Both the position numbers and the translations under genes were made by a program. Below, one piece after another: positions 1 through 13,918 of a DNA stretch of 64,000 nucleotides (position 1 is the first letter of the stretch; every line of letters starts with the position of its first letter). The DNA is from Octopus sinensis (lineage: Eukaryota). The notes under the pieces are model-generated. The model was given only the letters and a program-made list of their open reading frames with translations, was not told the DNA's origin and ran no database searches. Location of the stretch: contig NC_042999.1 of the NCBI RefSeq assembly GCF_006345805.1, positions 7,254,001 to 7,318,000 of the forward strand, written 5' to 3'.

Positions 1-288
1 GGCATAACCGTTCATAAATACCTAGATGAATATTTTGATATCCATGTTTGTTTGTATGTTTCTTTAATAACACTTTCTATCTCTCGCTCTCTCCTTCACT
101 ATCTCTCGCTCTCGGACACACACTCCCTCGCGCCCCTCCTCTCTCTCTACACACACAACACACACACACGTATCTGAATGTATCTATCTATCGGACACTT
201 TCCACTCATCTCAATAATATTGCATAATATGATGCTTTGCTTACACTGATTTATACAAAATATACCGCTACAAACTAATACCTACATA

Positions 289-1205
289 CATACATACATA
301 CATACATACATACATACATACATACACACATACATACATACATACATACATACATACATACATACATACATACATACATACACACCTACACACATACATA
401 CATACATACATACATACATACATACATACATACATACATACACACATACATACACACCTACACACATACATACATACGTACATACATACATACATACATG
501 CATACATACATACATACATACATACATACATACATACATACATACACAAACACATACATACATACACACATACATGCATGCATACATACATACTTACATA
601 CATTCATGCATGCATACATACATACATACATACATACATACACGCATGCATACATACATACATACATACATACATACATGCATACATACATACACACATA
701 CATGCATGCATACATACATACATACATACACACCCATGAATACATACATACATACATACTTGCATGCATACATACATACATACACACACACATACATACA
801 TACATACATACATGCATGCATGCATACATACATACATTCACACACACATGCATACATACATACATACATACATACATACATGCATACATACATACATACA
901 TACACACCCATGCATACATACATACACACATACATGCATGCATACATACATGCATGCATGCATACATACATACATGCATACATACATACATACATACATA
1001 CATGCATACATACATACATGCATGCATACATACACACACATACATACATGCATACATACATAAATACATACATGCATACATACATACATACATACATGCA
1101 TGCACACATACATACATGCATGCATACATACATACATGCATACATAAATACATACATGCATACATACATACATACATACATATATACATACATGCACGTA
1201 TACAT
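289..1205. repeat. Long imperfect (CATA)n/(CATG) microsatellite
   Basis: Directly visible; source of the HTYI/MYVC pseudo-ORFs. Confidence 0.97.
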
Positions 1206-1407
1206 ACATTATATATTGTTGATATACACATATAGGCGCATGTGTAACTGTGAGGTAAAAAGGCGCAGGCATGGCTGTGTAATAAGAAGTACGCTTCCCA
1301 ACCACATGGTTCCGAGTTCAGTCACACTACGTGGCACCTTGGGCAAGTGTCTTCTACGATAGCCTCGGGCCTTGTGAATGGATTTGATAGACGGAAAGAA
1401 GCCCGTC

Positions 1408-1448
<41 letters not shown>

Positions 1449-1454
1449 GTAGTT

Positions 1455-1665
1455 AATCCAAACATGAAAACACAAAGAGAAAACACGACAACGCGAGGAC
1501 CTGGAACAAGTATAGTGTTATTGGACGCTCGGGAAAGGAAAGAAAGAAGGAGGATTTAACGTTTCGAGCGGAGCCCTTCGTCAGAAACACAGGAAAAGGA
1601 AAGATCCAAGGAAGGGAAGACGGAGGAAAAAAATCGCCAACGATACGCACGCGGTGTCCCCTTAC
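1455..1665 (-). mobile_element. PLE pseudo-LTR/terminal fragment with hammerhead
   Basis: Abuts (TA)n and contains a minimal hammerhead motif on the minus strand. Confidence 0.65.
1555..1587 (-). ncRNA. Minimal type I hammerhead ribozyme (canonical core)
   Basis: ttt-CTGACGA-A-GGGC-tcc-GCTC-GAAA-CG-TT-aaa; palindromic ACGT stem III, GUU cleavage triplet. Confidence 0.8.
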
Positions 1666-1955
1666 CATGACAACCGATGTCGATGTGTTTACGTCTCCAT
1701 AACCTAGCGGTTTTGCAAAAGCGACTTACAGAAAAAGTACTAGGCTCACAAAGAATAAGTCCTGGGGTGGATTTGTCCGACTAAAGGCGGTGCTACAGTA
1801 TGGCCGCAGTCAAATGATTGAAACAATTACAAGAGGTTCCGAATTGTTTTTAAACATTTTTTGCAATTGTTTGATAATGCAGACATAGACTTGCCCATAA
1901 GGAATCAATAAATCAACATTGATAGTTTTTCCACCGTTCTTTACAATCATCTGAA

Positions 1956-2270
1956 ATGAAACAGTCAAAGTGCAATACTCGAGCAATTTTGCTATTCAAC
2001 TTCAAAAAAGGACGTAAAGCAGCTGAAACCCCTCGCGATGTCAACGAAACGTATGGTGAGGAAATGGCCAGTGAGTGATCAACCCGAAAATTGTTTAAAC
2101 GATTTCGCAGTGGAGACTTGAGCTTAGAAGATCGTGATCGCAGTAAACGCCCATCTGACGGTCAATTTAAGACCGTCATAGAGAATGATCCTCGTAAACC
2201 CACTCGAGAACTGGAAAAAAACTTTAAGTTAGCCAGAAAACTACCTGCAACCAAAATAAAAAGAAGCTCG
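1956..2270 (+). pseudogene. Mariner transposase N-terminal (HTH) remnant
   Basis: MKQSKCNTRAILLFNFKKGRKAAETPRDVNETYGEEMASE*..FKRFRSGDLSLEDRDRSKRPS; in-frame TGA at 2076. Confidence 0.85.
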
Positions 2271-2281
2271 ACACTCGTGCA

Positions 2282-2312
<31 letters not shown>

Positions 2313-2624
2313 ATACACACACCCACACATACGAAATTAACCATATAAAGAAAGCTGTCTGTCGGTTGACATATTTCTAGATTTCTAGACGGTTATCTTA
2401 CGGTTGTCGTATTGTGCAACCCTCCATTCTCATACAAGATCACTGGCCAGGTTTTACATTCGGTTTATGATCTATTCATGTAGAGGCAACACAGTGCTGC
2501 GATTTCTTCTTCAAAACAGTGATCACTGTTTCATTTCTGCGTCCCTATTGTATCGGTTGTATCACAAGAAAAGGGTTTTTCAACAGCAGATTGATTCATA
2601 TATTCAAGGGATTGCATTATCTTT

Positions 2625-3017
2625 CATTACTTCATTGCTGCCATTTTGGGGCATCGCCTCAAGATGTTCAGTCGAACAAATCAAGCTCAGTATTTATTTG
2701 CCTGATACTTATTCTATCGGCTTCTTTTATGGAAGTTATATTAAGGGACGTAAACCAACCAACATCGGTTTTCAAGCGATGGCAGTGACAGACACAAACA
2801 CAAAGACTAACACACGTACTTATGTGTGTACACATTCATGCACAACACACACACATACACACACACACGCATACACGACAGGCTCCTCTGAGTTTTTGCC
2901 TTCCAAATCCAAGGCTTTGGTTGGCCCGGGGTTGAAGTAGAAGGGGCCACGCAATGAGACTGAATCCAGAACCATGGGATTGAAAAGCAAATTCCTTATC
3001 CCACAGCCACGCATGCA
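2625..3017 (-). mobile_element. SINE family A, diverged
   Basis: Reverse complement of the head/body/tail motifs seen in other copies. Confidence 0.75.
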
Positions 3018-3943
3018 AAACAACAATTTGCTTTAAAAAGATACAAAAATCAACAAAAATCTCTATATTAATGTATATTATTAATTAATAAATTACTGAT
3101 ATCAAATTTCATTTCCAAATTATGAAAACTGCTTTGTTGTTTAACATTGCATATGCTACTCCTTCTTTAAAAAAAAACACTTTATGCGCCATTAGAAATA
3201 TATAATTAATAATTAAATTTCTGCGAAATTTAAGGTTATTGGTATGTAAATTAGTAGTTTGGATAAATGTATCATGGTGTTTAGTTAAGCTTGCCACTTG
3301 TGAGGTGAAAATAGTGGTAGGTTAATTTAGCCATTGATCTTCAATCAGGTGTATCTCCACCTCTACGAATTCCTCTGATGCATAATTAAACGAAATCGAT
3401 ATTGCATCTCGTAAAGTCGTGTACAATAAATAGGAACTTTATGCGACAGACCTGCGCTGGTTTGTTAGAGTTTCTCTGATGTGTCGAAAGAAATAATTTT
3501 AAACGATATTTTATAATTTTTAACGTTGTGTGACTTACGACATTGCACTACTTTAAACGCCATATTAGACACAGTCATACACATACATAGGCATGCATAA
3601 ATATATATATATATATGTGAAAAAATATATGTATGTGCATGTATGTATGTATGTATGTATGTGTGTACATATATATATATATATATGTATATATATACGC
3701 GCGTGCGTGTGGGTGCGTGTGTGTTTATGTACGTGTTTACACGCGAGTGCGTGTGTTTGCTTATAGACTTGGAGACGTATATGTACGCGTGTATGTGGGT
3801 GTATGTACCCATGATGATATGTATGTACTGAAAGTCCATTTAATTCAAGGAACCAGATTAAACTCTCATCAGCTCTGATTTACGACGAAACCGTTAATTT
3901 ACTGACAGTTCTACAACTAAGTTTTATCAATCTCCTGACCACC

Positions 3944-4530
3944 ATGCTGGGTCCGCGACCTCTATACATCCCTTATCTTTACATTCTTTTACACTTTTAT
4001 CATGTTTTTATCAGGTTCTTTTACTTCTTTTACTATTATTTCCATTTCTATTTTTACTTTACAACATTATGCCTTTACATTTATTTATATTTCTTTATAT
4101 TTCTTTATACCCCCTTTACATCTCCTTACAACTCTTTATATCTTTATCCTCTACATTTTTATATTATTTTATATTTTTTATATTTTTTATCCCTCGTCCC
4201 GAACTCTCGCCCCTCCATCTTCACCTCTATATACGTATTTATTTATTTACATTACCTCAACATCCAAGTTTCCTCATTCTACATTGAGAGAGGAAAGAGA
4301 TGGACGATTCAATTCGATGCTGCTGCCGCATTATGTCGTACGGGAACGAGAAGATTTGCATCCCCAACCAAGAATTTAGGAAGTAAACACATTCCTTGTG
4401 GAAGCTGTTGTGCGCGGCTGAAGAAGGCCACAGACATACATTATGATTTGTTATGAATCTGTCTAATAAAGGCCCGAAACATATGTACCGCTGAATCCTT
4501 CGCCTCATGTCTTTATTTTTATTTTTATTT
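3944..4530 (+). mobile_element. PLE 3' UTR/terminal region with hammerhead
   Basis: Pyrimidine-rich tract followed by a hammerhead, then TA/TG microsatellite. Confidence 0.55.
4414..4491 (+). ncRNA. Type I hammerhead ribozyme with extended stem II
   Basis: GCGG-CTGAAGA-A-GGCC[acaga...tctgt inner helix]GGCC-C-GAAA-CATATG-TA-CCGC; stem III is the perfect palindrome ACATATGT; GUA cleavage at 4487/4488. Confidence 0.88.
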
Positions 4531-4544
4531 TGATCAATATATAT

Positions 4545-4998
4545 GTATATATATATGTGTGTGTGTATGTGTGTGTGTGTATATTTATTTGCATGTTTAT
4601 GTGTGTATAAACATGTACATTCTTTGCATGCGCATTGTGTATATGTATATTGTATGTATGTGTGTGTATGTGTGCATTGTATATATGTATATTGTAGGTG
4701 TGCTATATATGCATGAATACATGTATATGCATTGCGTGTATATATATGTATGCATTGTGTATGTATGTTATGTGTGTGTGTGTGTATATATATATTATAT
4801 GTATGCGTACGTGTATGTGTATGCATTGTATGTATGTATATTGTGTGTATTGTGCATGTAAACACTATTTATATGTATATATGTATATATGTATATGCAT
4901 TGTCTATATATATATATATTATATGTATGTATTGCGTATGTATATTGCATGCATATATTGTGTATGTGTATTATTTACATGCTGTATGTGTGCGTGTG

Positions 4999-5031
<33 letters not shown>

Positions 5032-5220
5032 GTGTGTGTATGTGTGTTATATATCTGTGTATGTTATATATAGATACATGTTATATTTGTGTGCTGTGTG
5101 TATATGTGATATATGTGGGTACGTTGTGTGTGGGTGTGTGTGTTCTGTGTGTGTGTGTGTGTTGTTTGTATGTGGTGTGTGTTTGTATACTATGTGTGTG
5201 TGTGTATATATATGTGTGTG
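4545..5220. repeat. Degenerate (TA)/(TG) low-complexity tract
   Basis: Directly visible. Confidence 0.9.
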
Positions 5221-5639
5221 ACAAACAGACGCTATCTGACCAGCAGGCACGGACACATCTATTCACACCCGCATACTAACCTCCTGATAACCCCAAAATC
5301 ATTCATGCATAAAGGGGAAGTATACACCACATTGGCTACTTCTTCTTTTCTCTCAGTTCAGCCTTTCTGCTAATACCGAAGGTCAGTAAAAACATATTCT
5401 CGCCTTGAACTTAAAATATTCTGAGATGTATAAAAAATCCATTTTAATTTTTGCTGTCAAAAGGCTGTATATATATACCAAAGATTGTATATATATACAT
5501 GTAATGTGACAATTTGCGACAACCAATAATTAACGCAACCAATTCCCAATAATATATTTGTTTTATCCTTTTCTGCCAAATTTTCCCAAATATTCTCATC
5601 ACACTATTGAACTTCTCTGTTACCAAACACTATATTTAT

Positions 5640-5785
5640 ACATGTAATGTGACAATTATGTATAAAAAAACATTTTTGAATTCATAATATCCAATGTGAC
5701 AATTATGTAAAAAACTTTTTTGAATGCATAATATTCAATGTGACAATTATGTAAAAAACTTTTTTTGAACCCATATTATTCAATG
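5640..5785. repeat. Three ~45-bp imperfect tandem units (AATGTGACAATTATGTAAAAAAC..TTTTTGAA..CATA)
   Basis: Directly visible; a related unit lies at ~5500. Confidence 0.7.
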
Positions 5786-6058
5786 TTTCCTTAAATGTTA
5801 CTTTTGACAATCTTTTACCAAAGAGTGAAACCGGTTAAGTAAATAAACATCGTTTAAATTGCATTTTCAAACCTTTTTTCTTATATATATAATATATATA
5901 TTATATATATATTATATATATATATATATATATACACGCACATCTATATATAACGTATACACATGTAGACAGATATGAATGTATAATATATATATATATA
6001 TATACATACACGCACATCTATTTATAAATGTATACACATGTAGACAGATATGAATGTG

Positions 6059-6109
<51 letters not shown>

Positions 6110-6111
<2 letters not shown>

Positions 6112-6470
6112 GTGCAGGCGTGGCTGTGTGGTAAGTAGCTTGCTTACCAACCACATGGTTCCGGGTTCAGTCTCACTGCGTGGCACGTTGGGCAAGTGTT
6201 TTCTATTAAAGCCCTGTGAATGAATTTGGCATTATATATATATATGTGTGTGTGTGTGTATGTATGTGTGTGTGTGTTTCTGTGTCTGTTTGTACCCCCA
6301 ACATCGCTTGATAACCGTGTGCTGGTGTGTTTACGTTCCCGTAACTTAGCGGTTCGGCAAAGATAACAATAGAATAAGTACTAGACTAACAAAGAATCTG
6401 GGGTCGATTTGTTCGACTAAAGGTGGTGCTGCAGCATGGCCTCTGTCAAATGACTGAAACAACTAAAAAA
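6110..6470 (+). mobile_element. SINE family A
   Basis: Head, body and ...CAAATGACTGAAAC tail. Confidence 0.85.
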
Positions 6471-6901
6471 GAAAATACATACACACACATACATATATAC
6501 ACACGCACATGTATATATACACGCATAATATACATGCATAGAAACATATATATGTGTGTGTGTGTCCGTGTGTGTAGGTTCGTGTGTGTGTGTATGTGTG
6601 TGTGTAGTGTAAAACATTATCGAGGTGCTCCAGAATCATTTGATTCCCTGAAGAATTTTGGATAGGAGGCATGTTACATGTTCATCTTACATGTGCAACG
6701 GATCTTAATTAGTTGCCACAGTTCAATTTCTTCAATTTTGTTCCAATCGATTACATATTTGGTGTAAAGACGTACTTTTGTATGGTAATTATTGCCATGA
6801 AATTCATTTTCGCCATAAGTCAACAAAGAGTTAATAGCTTTTAAAGCCTGCGAATTTCCATTAATTATAGCCAATCGAAAGCCATAGGAATATAAGTGCC
6901 T

Positions 6902-6969
6902 GTTTCCATAGTAACAAGCTAAATGTATCAAGCTGCTTATCCGTTTGATGTTGTCCTGGCAACCACGTG
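6902..6969. promoter_or_regulatory. Two RFX X-box-like motifs plus an E-box upstream of a candidate first exon
   Basis: GTTTCCATAGTAAC (6902-6915) fits RTHNYY-WT-RRNRAC perfectly; GTTGTCCTGGCAAC (6950-6963) has one mismatch; CACGTG at 6964-6969. Confidence 0.5.
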
Positions 6970-6999
6970 GTCATTTTTCGCTTATTAAATGCTTAAAAC

Positions 7000-7040
7000 A
7001 TGAGTTATGAGGTGTTTGTAAGAAGTGATAAAAGTAGCAG
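7000..7040 (+). CDS. Candidate first coding exon of an unidentified host gene (MSYEVFVRSDKSS+AG)
   Basis: AAAACATG context, CAG|GTAAAT donor, phase 2; compatible with the exon at 11577. Confidence 0.45.
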
Positions 7041-7573
7041 GTAAATAGGCCTTAAATTACGCACCAAACTTCTTTTTGTTTTTGCATAATCGTATGAGTA
7101 CCATGTGCAGAATGCAAATTCGCAAAACTGTTCTGAAAATATCAAAAAAATAAATAGATAAAAAACATAAAATAAAGGTAAGAGGGGATAAATGGCATGT
7201 GTAAAGTAGAATTCCACCAATATTCCATTTCTTTACTGTTTGATATTAAGACACGCAATCTTGACAACACGTGAAGTCCCGCAGAAAATTACAGCTTCCA
7301 AACCGTGTTTTCTGAATGGACAAAAAGGATCAAAATTTAAACTTCTGTAATTTCTTTTAAAAAAAATGTCTGGAACAATGTCTGAATTAGACCCTGAGAT
7401 TCAGCGAGAAAAATTACATTAATACGCCAAATTTGAAAAATAAAAAAAAATTCATTTAATATTAAAATACAACCAAACAGAAAAGATCCTCTGCAACTTC
7501 GTAACTCCTATTAGCAAATGAAACATGTGTAACGGTGAATAAGTAATACATAAGAAATGTTCAAATCTCCTGT

Positions 7574-7617
<44 letters not shown>

Positions 7618-8440
7618 ACAAACAAACACGCACACATACACACACAGACTCACACGTACATATATATTTCCTTACGTTTTCCGTAAGCACATGACATACC
7701 TGTATATATATATGGGTGAACTGAAATGCGTCACAGCTTAGCAACACTTCGATACCTGTATTCTTAAGTTTACCTAACTATGTCTTCATGTCTGTGCAGG
7801 TGTATGTATGCATGTGTTTATATAGCTGTATGCATATGTACATTTAATCTATATGTGCGTGTGTATGTGTGAGCGTGAGTTTGCGTAAGTGCGTGCACAC
7901 ATGTATGTACGTAATAATTTTTTTCCGCCTTCACCGCTGACATTTTTGTTTGCGCTGTTCTTTGATCTCAACAGTTGTTTTGTTCTTTGAACACCTCCTA
8001 TCAACAAACACAAGCTGCGTTTTTTTCCCCCCTTAACACATTTGTATTTCTGTTTTAAAACATATTTCCAGCCTTCGAATACATCTTACTTCAAACACGA
8101 ACAACAAATAGAATAAGCGTCGGTCGTGGCTCAGTTTCGAGAAGAAAAAATTAGTCGATATTCATGATAGTCTTGTTGCACAGTTGGGGATATTTCTTGT
8201 TACTTCACCAACTTTCAGCTGGAGAATTTCTAATGTGATGGTCACCTTCTTCTATACATTCCACACACGAAATCGCACCGACTTACATAGACACGGGAAC
8301 ACGTCAACACACTGAGAAACTGACAGACACAGGTACAGATGCGCGCACATAGAGACACACACATGCAATCTAATATCTAATGATGGTTCCATTGGTATTT
8401 TTTGTCGTACTCTTTAGATATCTTTCATCGATATACATAC

Positions 8441-8518
<78 letters not shown>

Positions 8519-8566
8519 CATATGTATATGTATATATATATATATATACATATGTATATGTATATA

Positions 8567-8611
<45 letters not shown>

Positions 8612-8939
8612 GTATATGTATTATATATATATATATATATATGTGTGTATGATATATATACATACAAATACACATACAAAGGAACATTTTGTACACACCC
8701 ACACATAACATTCATATACAATTATATTCACACATATGCGAATTTTATTCACACCCACACACGTATGCACACACATACACACATATAGAGTGAATGCTTA
8801 GTGGCTTTTGAGTTGTTTTAACTCTTCTTTCTAGCAACAGCGGTGCTAGTCAGTACCTTCTGCCACTTTTCTGACCCCCATTTATTTTGTCTTTAGGTTC
8901 AAATTACTAATAAGCCACCCATTAAGTTTGTTGAACCCC

Positions 8940-10190
8940 AGCCTGACCCCTCCACACTTCTTCGTGTGGTCGAAGTAATTATTTTCTTTAATTGCTTCTT
9001 GTTCGCGGGGGATCTTTACCAACAGTGCTTAGGAGTGGCCATTGGAAGGAAAATGGGCTCCAGATATGCGAACCTTTTCGTTGGCTACGTTGAGGTCCAA
9101 ATATGCTCACAATTCAGGGATCTCACTCCTGCAATATACGATCGTTATATCGATGAATATCGTTGCGACCCCACCCTCCCGCGAACAACTAAAATCCTTC
9201 ATTCCTTTTCTCCAATCCTTCTATCCTGCACTCAAATTTTCCTGCACCATTTCTAACTCTTCTGTCGAATTTCTCGGCATTTCCGTCAGAATACACCACT
9301 CCGTCCTCACTACCTCCAGCCACTATAAACACTTTGACTCACGCTCCTACTTTAGCTTCTCCTCCTCTTCTCACCCTACCCACACCAAGCTCTCCATCCC
9401 CTACTCCCAATTCCTCCGTCTGCACAGGCTCTGGACTGACAACCATGACTTTGAGACTCAGCCTCAACTCAGGGCTCCCCACTTCCTCCTACATGGATAT
9501 CCCCTCACCACTATCCAAACTGCCATTGCCAGGGCACTATCCGTGGACCGTGACTCTGCATTTTCTACTTGCATCCGCCCCGCCGTTGCCCGTCTCCCGC
9601 TTCACCTCACCTCCACCCCTCCACCCTGCTCCTTTAACGGACCATTCTCCACGCCTTCCGGCGACTCGAGTCCGACCCTCTACCTCGCACATCTTCTCCA
9701 ATCTACCCCTTCCCTCCTTCAAACGAGCACTTAACCTGCGTGACTTCCTGGTCCACAGTTTCTTCCCTAACCCAACCTCCCAGCTTGGCTCCTTCTCCTG
9801 CTACCATCTACGCTATCACACCTGCGCCTACCTCTCCAACACCACCATCCTCACAAGCACCCAGCATCGTCCCTATCACATCACCGAGTCCTCTTTCTGC
9901 ACTTCTAGTAACATCATATACTGCATCTCCTGCTCTGTCTGTTCTCCCTTTACATCGGTCAAACGGGACGCCGCTTAGCTGACCGGTTCGCATAGCAGCT
10001 CCGAGATATCACACTCGGCCATGATACCCCGATCTCGCGACATTTCCGCTCTAGCGGTCATTCGCTACAACATCCGTCTGTGTTCGAACTGTCTTTGCAC
10101 AGGGGCCAACCGTCCTCCCGCCTTCTCCGTGAACAAGAATTAATCTTCTTTCTTCGCTCCTTTGCGCCACATGGGCTTAACTCTGACACC
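8940..10190 (+). pseudogene. Degraded PLE (Neptune-like) RT-thumb-linker-GIY-YIG ORF
   Basis: YQQCLGVAIGRKMGSRYANLFVGYVE, RYIDE (YIDD-like), SHP..TKLSIPYSQFLRL, Cys-containing linker CTSSNIIYCISCS.C; frameshifts and stops. Confidence 0.85.
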
Positions 10191-10832
10191 TACCTCACCT
10201 CCTTTCTTCATTTGATACCACTCCACACACACTAGCGCTGACCACATCCCACCACCCCACACCACACTCCACACAATTTTCAATAGCCTCACCACACATA
10301 CTACTATATGAGCAGCGACACACTGTTTAACTCAGCACACACACACCACACCATCCCGCACACTCCCACAACCACACAAGCACATAATGCATGAACACAG
10401 GCTATATATACATACAGACGCAACATGCATAGACAAAGATAACTTTCGCCCACATATATACACTGTTTGGTCACAGACTTACACACACAGACACACACAC
10501 ACATACACATGTGCACACACCACGTAAAAAAGCACACCGCAACTGCTACACACAACACACATACTCACACACACACGTTGCACACGCACATACTTACACA
10601 CGCATACACTCACACGCGAAATAGTCCCTCGCCCCTATCCACACTCACACACACCACTCCCTCATACACAACTACGCGCGCGCACCTTCTCTTATTATCT
10701 CCCTTTCTTTCAACCTGCTTTTAAAAAATTATTTTCTCCCTTTCAATCTGTTTTTCCAATCATTCGCGATGCTGGACGGCTGAAACCAACAAGTTTTGTT
10801 TTCATTCTCTCTCTGTTTATTTTCTCTTATTC

Positions 10833-10868
10833 CTTTGTGCTGAAGAGCGTAAGCCCAAAACATAAAAG
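10833..10868 (+). ncRNA. Degenerate minimal hammerhead in the 3' module (10790-10960) of the PLE above
   Basis: cttt-GTGCTGA-A-GAGC-gtaa-GCCC-AAAA-CA-TA-aaag; homologous to 25634 and 34267 but core mutated. Confidence 0.5.
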
Positions 10869-11091
10869 ACTTTCATTTTCCCGAGCATCAAACTAATACA
10901 CCTGCTTCTTGTTCATACACCTGTCTTCGTCTTTCGTTTTTCTATAAATTTCAACTATATACATACATGCATACATACATACATACATATATATATCATA
11001 CATATATACATAGTTACATACATACATACATGCATACATACATACATACATACATACATGCATACATACATACATATACATACACAAACAT

Positions 11092-11145
<54 letters not shown>

Positions 11146-11576
11146 CATACATACTTACATACAGAGAGAGAGAGAAGGAAAGAGAGGAAGAGGGAGAGAG
11201 AAGGAGCGAACGAGCGAAAGAGACAGAGTGAGAGAGAGGGAGGGAGGGAGGGAGGGAATGAGAGAGGGAGATGGAGGGAGAGGGGGAGAGGGAGAGAGGG
11301 GGAAATGGAGGAGGAAAGAGTGAGAGGGAGAAAGGGAGAGAGAGCGAGCGAGCGAGAGAGAGAGACGGAAGGTGTTGGAGTTGGGTTATTAATGGCTTGA
11401 TAATGACTTAAGATTGTTAGCAGTTGAATGTACGTGTTGCTCGCGACAGCTCATACTTCATATTGTTTCCAGTTGAAAACCATTTCATTGGTTCAGTAAT
11501 ACAATAACCACAATATTGCGATTTTAATGAAGAATAAGCGAAGAAAAATTCCATTCTGTGATATTTTAAATTTTAG

Positions 11577-11607
11577 AGTTGATGCCCGTTTAACTCTTTA
11601 TGTGAAT
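11577..11607 (+). CDS. Candidate 31-nt exon (R)VDARLTLYVN
   Basis: TTTTAG| acceptor, |GTAAGT donor, phase 2 to 0; continues the exon-1 frame. Confidence 0.5.
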
Positions 11608-13310
11608 GTAAGTGAGAAATTCTCTTTAGAATCTGGTTGCAAGCTATAGAAACTGGCTATGTATTATATACTATTGAAATAGAATGTTTAGGGAGAATAG
11701 AAACGTTATTAGCTTATGTTAATTTTACAAGAGTAAAAAAAAAAGAACTGAACATCATATTTTTATGTCCTAGAAATACTTATTAAACCTACAATTCTGA
11801 CTATTGAAATTTAAATAAGCTTCAGGTATTACCATAATAATAGCTTCCGACTACAAAGGGTGGTTTTTGGACGATAGAGATGTTGAATATTAAACGGCAT
11901 CGATGTGATTCGAAGTTATGTTTAACATTTGTTTACGTCTCATTCTTTTAGTCTCTCAGATATATGTAAACATTAAACACCAAAACCAACAAAGAATTTA
12001 CGATCAATGTCAATATTTCGCCATTGTGAAGAGAATTGCTCAGAGTGCTTCTCAGGCTGCAGTTTTGTTCGTTTCTACGTCACTTAATTTATTGCTTCAG
12101 TCTATGTTTTCCTTTAACAATCACAAATAATAATTTACCGCGGTATGAATTAGTAATAGAATTAAAGATACGATAGTCAGCCATGCTATGAAATACTACG
12201 TCACATAAAATAGATCATAGGCCACTGATGTTCATCAAACACAATACAATCATCGTATACGGGATATAAGTCTGAGCCTTTTTATTACTCTTAGATTTAT
12301 TTGAGACCGGTTCCGTCTTTGAGACTGGTCTTGTCGTTAATTGTACTAAATTATTTTAAACCGGTCTCGTTTACAGTTGCTTCTGTGAAAGAAGAGAAAC
12401 CACGACCATTAAATGAAAATATGATAATTATATTGAACTTGTACCTGTACTTACGGCGGCTTCACCTGGGGTGGGTTGAGCAGGCTCCGACATGGAAACA
12501 CAAGTTCACATGTGGTTCCCGGTCACATGAACACACAATGTATGATCCGTAGCAACCCATATTGCTGTCGATTGTCGACTGGCGCAGAGGATTCGCTGAC
12601 CAAGCTACCATCGGCTATCGGAGCATACGAAGCCAGGGTTTTAAGCAGCTTCTAGAGATATGCTTTAACGAAGGCTACTGAGTGCCTCACTCATAATGAT
12701 TCTCCAGCACACCAAACACCAACCCTGAATTTCTGAGGGTCCGTGTTATTTCTAGATAGTTGTTGAGCCTACACTAGGTTCATCCGTCCTTTTGACAGGT
12801 CTTGTATTTAGCCCTGTTGGGTTCCAAGAAATCATCCTCTCCAGGCAACCCTAGTGTGTGTACTGGTTTAGTCGCTGACGACCCGACCATGCAACAGTTA
12901 GTACTAGAGTCCATGTTACTAGTAGCATTCACGAGAAACCTCACAAATAACCTTATATTTGTTGCTCAATAACGCTTCTCTCGATTGTTTAAATCAGCTT
13001 TTCATGAGAACCTACCGCCATTTCATTCAGTGTTGTAATTCATACCCAAAGTGATCCGTCGTTCCCAGCAGTTTATCATTTGTCTATTTAAATGAACTTT
13101 ACGGATGGTATGGAATTCCTGATGAATAAGCAGTAGCAGAAGCATTTCCACTGCAAGATTACATCAGGTAGCCAAAAACTGGGGACGAGCTTTGCATAGC
13201 ATCCTACAAAGTTGTTACCCGAATCGTACACACACACACCACACACACACACATATATATATATATAATATATATATATATACATATATGCATGTATATA
13301 TATATATGTG

Positions 13311-13389
<79 letters not shown>

Positions 13390-13479
13390 TTAAATAATGA
13401 GGGAGATAAATTTAATATTAATTTAATTAATATCAATTTAAAACCAGTAGCCTAGCATACAAAAAAAATATATATATTT

Positions 13480-13667
13480 GATTGCGTCCATGCTGGGGCA
13501 CTGCCTTTAGTCGAACAAATCGACCACAGGACTTATTATTTGTAAGTCCAGTACTTATTCTATCGGTCTCTTTTGCCGAACCGCTAGATTACGGGGATGT
13601 AAACAAACCAGCAACGGGTGTCAAGCGATGCTAGAGGGACAAACACAGACACAAACACAAATCTATC

Positions 13668-13748
<81 letters not shown>

Positions 13749-13918
13749 ATACATATATACGACGGTCTTCTTTCAGTTTCTGTCTACCAAATCCACTCAC
13801 AAAGCTTTGGTAGGCCCTAGGCTATAGTAGAGTACACCTGCCCAAGGTGCTACGCAGTGGGACTGAAACCGGAAACAGGTGGTAGGTCAGTAACCTACTT
13901 AACACACAGCCACTCCTC
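13480..13918 (-). mobile_element. SINE family A with internal (ATCT)n
   Basis: Family motifs on the minus strand. Confidence 0.8.

Larger units (their letters stand above)
1261..1835 (+). mobile_element. tRNA-derived SINE (family A), split by a PLE terminal fragment inserted in its internal (TA)n
   Basis: Head GGCGCAGGCATGGCTGTG (A-box-like) and GGTTCCGAGTTCAGTC (B-box-like); the body resumes at ~1665 and ends in the GGCCGCAGTCAAATGATTGAAAC tail shared by many copies in the window. Confidence 0.85.

Noticed and set aside
268-1362. Long ORFs (MYVC/HTYI repeats) here and throughout the track
   Set aside because: They are translations of (CATA)n, (TA)n, (CA)n, (ATCT)n and (GA)n microsatellites, which lack stops in several frames.
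6674-6931. Ankyrin-like minus-strand ORF (IHLACYYGN...AIINGN)
   Set aside because: Short, spacing does not fit a 33-aa ankyrin repeat, weak splice signals; the same bases are better explained as X-box promoter sequence.
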